From the NCBI GenBank assembly GCA_965644295.1, contig CBFFRP010000181.1, positions 186,001-250,000 of the forward strand: a stretch of DNA of 64,000 nucleotides, written 5' to 3'. The position numbers and the translations under genes are program-made. This DNA comes from Paraphysomonas bandaiensis. Its lineage: Eukaryota; Protista; Chrysophyceae. A model generated the notes under the pieces. It was not told the DNA's origin. It did not search any database and was given only the letters and a program-made list of their open reading frames with translations. Positions 38,066 through 49,845 of this stretch are shown in pieces (position 1 is the first letter of the stretch; every line of letters begins with the position of its first letter).

Positions 38066-38503
38066 AATCACGTGTTGTGTAGTGCAGCCATTACCCCGTG
38101 GAGTAGTGTGTTTATCTGGCGTGTATTTGTTTTGTGCGTTGTTATCATATTTGATGGTGTACAGAAACCGAGTATTCTTATGTTAAATGAAGCCAGTATT
38201 TTTATCAGTATTTAGAACAGTGTTGTAGATCCGTCAGTCAACTGGTCGTAGCTTAAATGGCAAAAGACGAAAACATATGCGGTCATTGATATATGCAATA
38301 TATAGATATATATTGTAAAACCATCATGTTTTCACAAAATATGCCATACAAAAACACTTGTACAACATGCTGCAGTATCACAACTAATATGCAATCAAAT
38401 ATACATCCAGTGAAAGTCGTAGTTGCCATATGATACGACGATAAGAAGGTAGATGTTGTTGAGTTATTATTGCTTGTGAGCAATTTTCAAGGCATTTAAA
38501 ATT

Positions 38504-38768
38504 TATTAGGATTCAGCTTAATACATGATTGTATCTGTGAGTTATAATATTCAATGAAATATACCATGAACTGAATTAGAGAGAGTATCTGTCGAAGATA
38601 CGTGATCGTCATCATAACGTCGTCATTATCAGTTACACTTCTAACTATTCCGTTGTGCATGATAGTACGTTCTATATTGTTATTCATAATTTTCACTCTA
38701 TCGTGTTCATTACTTACACTCTAATAATCACAACATTGTTTTACTATTATAAAGATCAATTCTTTATT
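38504..38768 (+). repeat. 5' LTR
   Basis: TATTAGGATTC...TCTTTATT, identical by eye to the 3' LTR. Confidence 0.97.
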
Positions 38769-38778
38769 TGGTAGCGAG
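38769..38778 (+). promoter_or_regulatory. Primer-binding site TGGTAGCGAG (probably initiator tRNA-Met)
   Basis: Abuts the 5' LTR; complementary to a tRNA 3' end CUCGCUACCA, similar to the yeast Ty1 PBS TGGTAGCGCC. Confidence 0.8.
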
Positions 38779-41700
38779 ATGTCAGTTCAAGTTACAAGTT
38801 ACGACTCAACCGACTCGGATTCGACAACCGACAAGCGAAAGGACTCAATGCCAAAATTCGATGCGAAGAACTTCTCCAGGTGGCAGAAGAAGTGCCGTGC
38901 ATGGTTCTATCGCAAGCCTAAGATCGTTTATACTCTACAGAACGATCACCCAATTGAGCCTGAAGCAGGAGAAAACTCAGATGACGAGGACTACCAGTAT
39001 CGACTCGAACAGTATCAGGATGCGAAACGATATTATGATGAAGGTAATAACTACCTATGGTCAGTCATTGCAAGCTCTATCATTGGTCAGAATGAAGAGG
39101 CTGAAGGGATTTTGGAGAACGTCCCCGATGGAGACGGTAAAACCGCCTGGACGGACTTGCTCAACCACTTCAAAGAAAAAACGACTAACGATGTAATCAC
39201 CGATCTGATTGGCCAGTTTCAGAGCATAAAAATCAAAAAAGGTCAGTCGATAATCAACTTTCTTGACGCTGTCGAAAAGCTCCGAAACAAGCTGATTAAT
39301 TATGGTCATCGGATAAGTGACCAAGATCTCATATCACGCATTCGACAAGGCCTGGTATCCAAAGAAAATATGACGTATCGTGAACTGGCGATCAACCTGC
39401 AGATGCACCCTATCGATGACTACAAAACACTCATACGCAGACTACGCGGATTAGGAAGCTCGTCTGTTGGAATGCTCTTGTCAAGCAACGAAGAATCAAA
39501 AACCGACAGTATTCAGCTTGCAGCCTCAAAACCCCCATTTTCCCGAAATAAAGTGAATTCTAAACGCAAAAAGGGGACATCTTTCAGAAACCGTTCCAAT
39601 AAACCGAAACATGACAAGAGAGCTGACAAGGACATTAAGTGTTTCCGATGCGATGGAAAAGGACACATCGCTTCAGAATGCAAACACTCATGGGAAAGGA
39701 TCCAACAAATGAAGAGTTCCTCTGGAAACAAATCAACCAGTAGGAAATTCAAAAAAGTTAGATTCCAGACCCACCAGAGCACTGAAAACGACGAATCCGA
39801 CCAGTTTGCAGATTATGAAGACAGTGGTCCACTACAACAGAAAGGACGAGACTTCGGAGGAGTCGGATATCCAACAAACGACGAAACAAACTTCGTTTTT
39901 GATCAAGAAGCCGGAATGGGAACCCTTGATTCTGGCTGCACAGTCTCCATTACACCTGAAGCCGGATACATCACCAATTATGAGGAATGCCTCACCGACA
40001 TTCAAACAGCTAAGTCAGGATCGACTATGACCTCTTCAGGACATGGAAGACTTGGTATTATCCCCAAGTGCAAGCACGTGGACCATGCTTCAAGGACACT
40101 CGTGTCCATCAGCCAATTAGATGACCTAGGGTATAAAATCTTGTTCGGAAACCAATCAGTTGAGATATATAAAGATGAAATACTGCTATCAAAGGGTAAG
40201 AGAGTTGGAGGCCTATATGAAATTCCGTTAACAGACCTCGGTACTCCTATTGACGTATCCCACCTTGCTTCAACTGCTTCAGGCCCACTCGCAACTCTAG
40301 CACATAAGAGATTGGCACATTCTTCAATTGGACTCATACAGAAAGCTGTACAGTCAAAATTAGTAACGGGTATTAAGTTAACGAAGTCGGAGATGAATGC
40401 TACTTCTTTACCGGGTGGCCTATGTGATGGTTGTGCTAGTGGTAAATCTCATCGCCGAAAACATAGACACGCTATCAGACAAATGCTGCTCAAGCGTGTA
40501 AGAAGAGCAAATGAGCTGGGGGAGCTAGTAGTAGCCGATTTTTCTGGACCCCATGCACCAGAGGCAATCATTACTGGCAACCGTTACATACTCGGGATGA
40601 CAGATGTAGCTTCCAGACACCAATGGGACTCCTACGGACCAACGAGAGATGAAGATTTCGTCATCCAATCCATCCAGAAAGTTGTCATGTATCTACATAG
40701 TAAAGGCAAACGACTACAACATTATCATGCGGATGGGGGAAGGAGCTGGTATCAAGAAAAGTTCTAGAGTATCTTCAATCAATAGGGGCTACATGGACTT
40801 TCAACTCCCCGTATACCCCCGAGGATAACCCATTCCAAGAGCGATCATGGCGGACAACTAAAGAACGAGCACTCAGCAGCCTTATCGACTCTGGACTCCC
40901 ACCGAATTTCTGGGAACAAGCCTCAAAGGCGACAATACACATCAAGAACAGGTTACCGTGTCAAACAGCTAAAGGATTTATGTCTCCACTTCAGTTTATC
41001 GAAAACGAAATACCAGACTTGAGTTATGCCAGAATATGGGGATGTAAATGCTTTGTGAATATCGATTCCAGTCTCCGAAAGAACAATTGGGACAGACATA
41101 GCTGGCCTGGGTATTTTATGGGCTATCGAGAGGATGGTCCTGGATATATAGTCTTCGTTCCCGCATTAAGAGACTTTGTTATATCAGGACATGTATTTTT
41201 CAACGAATGTGTTCCACCAGCGGATAAGAGATATTTTAAGGAGATAAATGAGATCTTCAGAGAGAATGAGACCTCCAGGACAGTAGAAAGTTTCAAATAT
41301 CTCATAGGTCTAGCTCATGTAGATCCAGACGATGGATTAACATATGTAACGACTCAAATAAAGCTCAGAAAAGGATTAATCGCAGCGTATCGTGGTCTAG
41401 TGGACGACAGCGGTGACAAGACACGACTCATCCAGCTCGAAGACCCCATTCATGCTGCAGACGTCGAAAAGTATACTGAAGACTACATTGAACTCAAAGC
41501 AGTTGGTCTCAAATGTAATACTTCTCGATCGAAAAATCCAATACATAAATCCAGCAAATCAGATCGAGACCCCGATACAGTTAATGGATCTCCAGCGCCA
41601 GACGCTACTTCCAGGGGGAGTGGCGTGAATCTAAGACATCATGATGCCGCGCAGGAGAGAATCAGCAGCCATCGGTGTGAACCTACCCACTCCGATGCAA

Positions 41701-43772
41701 AGATAGCGAAGACTCGCCCTCCGAAAAAATTCAATGGGAATCTAGTGCCGAATCCGGCACCACACGGTCAAGTGGATCGTGTGCGTCAGCGTGTGGCCAA
41801 ACGCTGCAACAAGCCTGCTGATTCATCGGGAGATTGGGAAAATCAGGATACACCTGAAGGGCCAAGTAAGGTCCGTGCTACAGCAAAACAACAATTTTTA
41901 GCTGGTAAAAAGAGTGTTCTCCGAAGCAAGAGAATGGCCAGGAAACGGGTAATTGTAAATATACATAAACTTGGTGATGGTGTATATACATGTGATGTAA
42001 ATGCCAAACATGTAGTAAATCATATGGCACATGACACACAATGTATATCAAAATTACATACAAACAATATTGATATTGTTATGCATGCTATCAGTAATTG
42101 CGATGACATTGACGAGCTAACCGATACACCAAAGAGTGTTCAAGATGCTATTTCAGGTAAATATAAACAGCAGTGGATCGATGCTATCAATAGAGAAATA
42201 TCCACTCTTCAGAGGAAAGGGTGCTGGAGATACACTGCGTTACCACCTGGAGCAAGAGCCATAAAGGGGAAACTCATATTCAAAATAAAAAGAAAACAGA
42301 ATGATATCAAATTCAAGGCTCGACTAGTCGCACAGGGTTTTACTCAAATCCAAGGCATCGATTACAATGATACATACAGCCCCGTCGCGAAGGCTACATC
42401 ACTACGTACAATTATTGCCCTTTCGACTATTATGAAACTCAAATTGCACCAAATCGATTTCACAACTGCGTACATCAATGCTGACCTCGAAGAGGACATA
42501 TACATGCATCCCCCTCCTGGCATGGACGTCCCTGACGGAAAAGTCCTCAAACTGATGAAAAGCATCTATGGTCTAAAGCAAGCAGGTCTTAACTGGTATA
42601 AGTGCTGTACAAATTTTATGCTAGATATGGGTTTCACCAGACTAATATCTGACCCGTGTATATTCAAAAAGCAGATTAATGGCAGGATTATGCTAATAGC
42701 CATGTATGTGGACGATATTATTATAGCATCCACATCCGACACTGATATCCAACAATTCAAAAACCATTTATCCAAAAAGTTCGAAATTACGGATCTCGGA
42801 CTCCTAGATTATTACTTGGGCATCTCCATTCATCAAGATTTTGACAAAAATATCACAACTCTCAGTCAGGAGCAATATGTCAGAAAACTACTGGACAAAT
42901 TCAACATGTCCGACAGTAAACCCATGTCAACACCTATGTTACTGTCTTTCAACTATGATTTACATGAATACAATCATCTTTCAGAGTCAAATCAAAGTTA
43001 TGTTCAGAATTTCCCCTACAAGGAGCTCATAGGTTCCCTGATGTATCTAGCTGTATGCACTCGACCGGATATCGCCTATGCAGTCAATACTCTTGCCAGA
43101 TTTTCTGATATGCCTAATCTAACTACCTGTAATGCTGCGTTACATGTTCTTAGGTATCTCAAAGGCACTGCTAAGCAAGGATTGATATATTCTGGATCCC
43201 ACATAACATTATCAGGATACTGCGATAGCGATTGGGCACGGTGTCACCTCACTCGACGGTCCACTACAGCTTTTACATTCTTCATAGGTAATTGTCTTAT
43301 ATCATGGCAATCTCGATTACAGACAACTGTGGCATTGTCATCTACTGAAGCTGAGTATATGGCCTTATCGTCAGCAGCTCAGGAAGCATTATGGCTACGC
43401 TCTTTATTATCAGAAATTGGTTTCAAACTTCCATTCTCAACAACTATTTGGTGCGATAATAAAGGGGCAGTCCAATTATGCTACAATCCTACTCATCATC
43501 GTCGTACGAAACATATTGCGATACGGTATCATTTCATTCGAGAAAATATTGCCGAAAACCAATTGACTGTTGACCATATTCCCACCACGTCAATGTTAGC
43601 CGATCTTCTCACGAAACCACTAGGAGCCACTAATTTTCTTCAATTGCGAACTACATTGATGGGGGGAGCTGGGTTCGACATCCCATCCAGCAACAACAGA
43701 AAGCGATCAACAATATCAGAGACACCTAAATCACAATTAACAAGCCACAAGCGACCTAGGTGGCTAGTTTGA
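38779..43772 (+). CDS. Copia gag-pol polyprotein interrupted by a -1 frameshift at ~40735-40742
   Basis: Zn knuckle CFRCDGKGHIASEC, protease LDSGCT, integrase HKRLAH...CDGC and HADGG; continues in the -1 frame ELVSRKVLEYL...SPYTPEDNPFQER; RT YGLKQA and YVDD; RNase H YCDSDWA, TEAEY, KHI. Confidence 0.93.
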
Positions 43773-43963
43773 GTTACACGGAGTTTTTACCATTTTTTTT
43801 TACTTTTATTCAATACATCATGCTGGACTAGAAGGATAGTCTCACAATACAGCATCTCTGCAGTTCGCTTGTTATTGGATAGTGACTGCTACTCTGGTTT
43901 TTACTCTCAGTGTGCACAAGTTCATATTCTCTCTATTATTTACGGTTCACTGATTATTTCATT

Positions 43964-43972
43964 GAGGGGGCG
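43964..43972 (+). promoter_or_regulatory. Polypurine tract GAGGGGGCG
   Basis: Immediately precedes the 3' LTR. Confidence 0.85.
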
Positions 43973-44237
43973 TATTAGGATTCAGCTTAATACATGATTG
44001 TATCTGTGAGTTATAATATTCAATGAAATATACCATGAACTGAATTAGAGAGAGTATCTGTCGAAGATACGTGATCGTCATCATAACGTCGTCATTATCA
44101 GTTACACTTCTAACTATTCCGTTGTGCATGATAGTACGTTCTATATTGTTATTCATAATTTTCACTCTATCGTGTTCATTACTTACACTCTAATAATCAC
44201 AACATTGTTTTACTATTATAAAGATCAATTCTTTATT
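43973..44237 (+). repeat. 3' LTR
   Basis: Identical by eye to 38504-38768. Confidence 0.97.
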
Positions 44238-44985
44238 AAATTTAAATTAGGACTACTTTGTGGCTAATAGCTAACTATGGGAAAGTCTAGTTCAGCTATG
44301 TCATTTTGTAGCACTGGAAAAATAAAATATAACTTGCTATACAGTATACAGGATATCAGTAGAGTAGTATAAATTGAAGAAAGAGTCTAAAAATAAAATT
44401 CGCCTATCTAGTATAATAGCAATTACTCAAGAGGATCAAAAAATTATAATATGCTACATAGCTACAAGCATTAGGTTCTTTAAATAGACATAGTAAAATG
44501 TACAAATCGTATAAATAGTGTTTAGATTTCTTTAAATATATTAAACTGCTTAATATTTACTACCTGGCATGCGTTTAACTTCACCTAGCAGATATTAATG
44601 AACTCTAAGCTTAATTTTATTCGTAATTTTGAACTTGTGTAACGATTCTGATATACGTCTGATGTAACGACTGGAAAATGTGCATGCATTGTAGGTAGAA
44701 TAATGAAAGATATGCCATACTGTGGTAGTTTAGTAATGATTAAGGAGAAAATTTGATTGAGAAGTATACGGTGGTGTATCTGTGTATACGTCTACAGCTC
44801 GTGTGGTACACGTGCATAAGTACGTGTCTGTTACATGACCACTAACTGCAGCATTCCACAAAATTAGTTATAAAATTTACCAATAAAACTTCCATTACGG
44901 AACAATAATAATTAAATTCAATATCAATAGACTAACACAGTTGCGTATCAAATGTCGTAAAAGATAAAGAAAAAATTCAAAAATG

Positions 44986-45759
44986 CTAACACTTATCATT
45001 GCGACGTAAGAGTGATCGCCTCATGTAAAATATTGCTACCAACAATAGTGCACTCACTACTAAAATCGTAGTACAAGTTGTTTTCAGACCAGAGTATTCA
45101 TTTACGGCTGATATTGGCGTGCTCATTATACTTAGGAGCTTTCTGCTGGACTCAACTGATGGAGTATCTGAGACAGAGGCACGCAGATAACGATGGTGTT
45201 CAACAGATTGGTACTCGTTGTTGCCATCATCATAGTACCGACCATAGTAGTATTCGTCATCGTAGTAATAATCATCGTAGTAATACCAGTCATCATCGTA
45301 CCAATCATCGTAATAGTACTCACCATCATACTCATCATCATAGTAGTAATACATATCATCATAATACGAGTACGTGTCATAATAGTACATATCATCGTCA
45401 TCATCATCATAGTAGTACGTATCATCATCATAATAATACATATCATCATAATATGAGTACGTGTCATAGTAGTATGTATCATCATAGTAGTACATATCAT
45501 CATAGTATCTATCGTCATCATAGTAGTATGTATCATCGTAGTAGTATGTATCATCATCATTGTATGAGTCTTCTCTGTATTGATCCTTATCATCATATAC
45601 ATAACTGCAATCACCTCCTGTATAGTAATAACATCCATCACCTTCATACCCTCCTCTATTACGATTGATCAGATGTTTCCTCATATGATTCCTATCTCTA
45701 AGATGATCTCCATCACACACCATACACCATATGGCTATTAGATATACGGATAATATCAT
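44986..45759 (-). CDS. Type-I membrane protein with a Tyr/Asp-rich low-complexity ectodomain
   Basis: Signal peptide MILSVYLIAIWCMVCDG, (DDxYYY)n tract, RYL and RKL motifs, TM ILVVSALLLVAIFYM, short basic tail. Confidence 0.75.
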   Translation of the reverse strand: MILSVYLIAIWCMVCDGDHLRDRNHMRKHLINRNRGGYEGDGCYYYTGGDCSYVYDDKDQYREDSYNDDDTYYYDDTYYYDDDRYYDDMYYYDDTYYYDTYSYYDDMYYYDDDTYYYDDDDDDMYYYDTYSYYDDMYYYYDDEYDGEYYYDDWYDDDWYYYDDYYYDDEYYYGRYYDDGNNEYQSVEHHRYLRASVSDTPSVESSRKLLSIMSTPISAVNEYSGLKTTCTTILVVSALLLVAIFYMRRSLLRRNDKC

Positions 45760-47606
45760 ACTCACTGTATCTTATACTGATATCTGAGTAGTGTTTAATA
45801 TGAATCGTATTGTGATTTATATATACACGATTTGCTAGATGAATGATAGAATTGACTGACTTTCATTATATGAAGTTCAAGTCATTTATTTGACTTTCTT
45901 GATATGAATATTTTTTTTTTTTCATAAGGATTTTTATAGTTCGAATAGAATATTCGTGTTCTGTCATATGTAATTGAAGTAAAGTGTTTAAGTAGATGTA
46001 ATAGACATTGGACTGAGCGACGAAATCTAGAACACACTCCTTCTGTGTATGTGGAAATATTGTAGGTGGATCAGACAAAAAGTCCATAGTTTTTTAGTTG
46101 TATTAGGTTTTTTGATGATCAATATATATAAAAAAGGATGATTTTTTAAATAATCGACATAATTCTCAATATCACTCTGCACATATCGTCTCCAGGATGT
46201 TACTCCTGATCCGACTCCATTAAGCAGAGATCAGCTCTACCCATATGTGTTACACAGTTCATGGACATGATATGTCAATGATGTCTACAATAGACCCTAT
46301 ATATGGCTCTTCGCTATTACTTATCAAACACAACGGGAATATTGGAGCCATATCGGTCATTGATGGGTGACTGACACATGATAGAATGAGATATATTGAA
46401 AGTCGTGGTGTCTGGTGAGTCTGTTAGTGGAAACTTATATTTAGTAGTTTGCATGATAGTATATAAGGAAAGAAATGGAGGACAAGTAGACTGTGTGTAT
46501 GCAATGTGCCCCTATATACGGTCTCTACGACCCTAGCGTACCAGATGGAAATAACAGGATTATTGTAAGATATCTCATCTTTCATTCTTGAACTTACAAA
46601 ATGGCGAGAATCCCTTGCATGGCCTATGTGGGAATCTGAAAAAGATGTAGTTGGGCTTCTTCCTCATGTTATTTCAGGCTATGAACTGGACCCGCTCAGA
46701 GTTGAGGGCTGCAGTACTTCTGGAAGCTACGTCATGCTGGGGTACGTGTCCGTACATGTCGGTAACCTCATATTCTTAAAGTAGTGCCAGATGTTTTCCG
46801 TGATATGACGACATTATTTACTTTATTGAATCGTTGTCGTGCGAGCTGATGATTTTTACCATATTGAAGAGCTGATAATACCTACGCTAAAGCCGCGTAT
46901 TGTATGGGAAGTATTATTGAAACAGTCAAATTGGTTGAATTACCTAGCCACACTGACTTTGGTGTAAAACTGGTCGAAGTATCAAATAATTCAATATTTG
47001 CAATCATTAATTGATGGCTAGGTGAATACCATAAACACCAAGTCATCCAAGCCAATCCAGTCATTGTACACTGAAAATAGGAATTATTTGATGATTAGAT
47101 TTTCAACCCCTTAACTAGGTGGGACTAGTGACTAGGAAATTACACCAAATAGGCTGGGCCCAATAATAGATCCTGTATAGTATTGTATTGTGTATAGGTG
47201 TATAGTGCAGTCATGCTACTAGAGGTTCATTGATGATAACATATGTGATTTTTGCAATCACTATACGCTATATGCAGAGCGGTATAAAGTTGACTGCATA
47301 CTAAGAGAAAAATCGAAAAGAAAAAGCCATGCGTATTGATTCTTGGTACATACCGTAGTTCCACTACGAAAACTACTTGTAAATGTAAGATGGATATTAC
47401 GATATTATGATGCTTTCTTCATTTGCTGAAAATGATAAATCGTCTTCCAAGCTTAGTGTCAATATACTTCGTCTTGCTCGTTATTTATAATGATACATGT
47501 ACCCACAAACACAATAACCGAAACTCCAATATACTACACTCTACTATATATCCCACTTTTCAACAAAACACATTCTACTCAGTACAAACGAATCTCTAAG
47601 TGTCGT

Positions 47607-49252
47607 TCAATATTCGTCATCAGAACTGTCACCATCAATAGGAGCTGTTGGTATAGATGATGACCGAGGGAGAGGAGCTGTGGAACTAAGTTTCTTAGTC
47701 ATCATTTTGTGGGCACGTAGGGTCCTGATATGAACACAATAAGGCCACATATGCAGGGTAACATTATTTTACCTCTTAGTTGGCATGAGTGCAGCGGTTT
47801 TATTTGGTGGTGCAGGTAGTTCCCCTCCGTTAACTCTGTTGTCACACCGTTCCGGTAGACCCAGCCTAAGAAATATCCATAAGAGTAAATCGCATCATAC
47901 GGACACCACGCCGAATTGCAAATAAGGACATACAATGGTAATTACATACCTGGTAGTGGTCGCGAGATGTCTGCGTGTAACACCTCCACTTTCTTCCGCA
48001 TCTGCAATAGTATCAAAAGTGTTGTTGGGCAGTACAGGGTTTTTATTCCCGGACGCAGTGAGGTAGAATGGTTGCTCAGGTGGGGGTTGAAACTCAGGAT
48101 ACGTAGAGCGAGAGAGTGCCCTTTCTCTCATATATGTCTGCGATGGCGGCACGCCTCTCATTAGAAGTGGATTCGCCCACTGGTCCATGTACGGGTCATC
48201 ATTGCAAAGCGGGGTAGTGGGCTTCTCGAGTAACTTCGTTTTGCCCCCAGCAAAGAATGCGCCTTCTTTATCTCGAGTAAGGATTTCATGACGTATACGC
48301 TGCCTGATTCGCTCCTTCTCAAGTACATCGTATGGAACTGACGCCTATTGATCATATTACACACTACAGAGTGTTGCCTGACATCTCGATCTCACCTGCA
48401 GAGAAAGGCGGTGCTTCATTCCCTTCATAGGAACTTTTAGAGTACCGTTAAGGTCTCTGGTGAGTCCCTTCTTTGTTACACCCCTCGTTCTCAATAAGTC
48501 TTTCACGGCACCGCGCAAGTAATCTTCCACTGGTACGTCTTTAACAGTGGGGACCTCAAGCAGGGATGCGTACGGGTTGTACACGCCGCGGATTTGCTTC
48601 GTACTGACTAAGTGATGTAGATTTTCAGTGAGTTCCTTGAACTCTTTCTCCCTCTGCTGTCGTGAATTACTCTCTTCCATCTATAAATACGAATAAGTCG
48701 CGTAAACTGATATACACATCATGCTACCTCTGCTTGCTCTTTGGCATACTGCACCATCCGTTGCCTGACTTCTTGTCCTGTTTGTTCCACTTTATTCAAA
48801 TAAGCTTTTCGACTGGCATGATCCTGTCGATACTTTCTGCTATAATAGCCTCGAAATGACTTTTGTAGTTGTAATGCAAAGTACTGAAAAGCAGCATATT
48901 TACGCATCTCCATTTTATCTCTAATCTTTCGACGACAATACTGTCTAGAGGAGTGTCCTCTAAAGACCCTCTGTATAACTAGTGCTGCAAGACTGTATAT
49001 ATATAAACATATGGATATAAATCATCTAATATGCATACTTTTTATGATATATTCCCACACGAGCAGTCCATCCACGAAAGAGTCTCTGTATACGATTAGC
49101 TGATAGATTCTCATGTTCACTAACTTCATCAGCTTCACTAATATATGAATTATATATATATCAGTATATCAAAAAGATACTTACACTAGAAGGATATCAA
49201 GTTCATTAACTATATTATCAATTGAATGACATAATGTAAGGAGCTCACACAT
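47607..49252 (-). CDS. SPATA17: IQ-motif protein SPATA17-like, multi-exon
   Basis: IQRLFRGW, IQRVFRGH, LQKSFRGYYSRKY and LHHLVSTKQIRGVYN. Confidence 0.75.
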
Positions 49253-49845
49253 ATTGATATATATAATCACTGATACTTATACACAGTGTATTGTAGGTAA
49301 TAATGACATATACTATGAAAGAAGTTAGAAGGTACTTTCCCTTCTCATCTCATATACAATATACGTAGCATAGATCCCTTTATATAGTAATTGAACACTC
49401 AGTCTTTTCATTCACTTCGAGTTAGTTTAACTCACTCACTTCATTTTGCTTCAGTTGCATATTTTTTTTTATTTTGGAGGGTCGCTAATTGAAACTGCCA
49501 GGTGCAAACACAGCAACTGATGTACGGTGTGGAATAGGCACCATACAAAAAACTTATTGGGGTGGAATAAACTACAATACAAATACGTATACGTATTCTA
49601 TCTCCCCTAACCACACACATACACACATATACTGCTGTGTACCCATACATATATACATACATATACATAACACACATTCTCATACACGTATGTATCCATA
49701 CATATATACACTGCTGTATATAGAAGATTATATACATATACGTACATGCATCTATGAGCTACAGTATGTAGCTTATGGTTATATACACGTACACATTGCA
49801 TATTATTCACCTCACATAACATAATCATATATATATATTAACAAT

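Larger units (their letters stand above)
38504..44237 (+). mobile_element. Full-length Ty1/copia LTR retrotransposon
   Basis: Identical 265-bp LTRs (38504-38768, 43973-44237), TSD AAATT (38499-38503, 44238-44242), PBS, PPT, gag-PR-IN-RT-RH domain order. Confidence 0.98.

Noticed and set aside
38496-38696. Duplicated 66/68-aa ORF (also 43959-44165)
   Set aside because: Antisense reading of the two identical LTRs.
43665-43690. tRNA T-arm-like GGGTTCGACATCCC
   Set aside because: Inside the pol coding sequence with no cloverleaf; no tRNA, rRNA or CRISPR array was recognised in the window.
45078-45668. His-rich, Ile-rich and Met/Thr-rich ORFs overlapping the Tyr/Asp gene
   Set aside because: Alternative-frame and antisense shadows of a low-complexity repeat; only the Tyr/Asp frame has signal peptide plus TM architecture.
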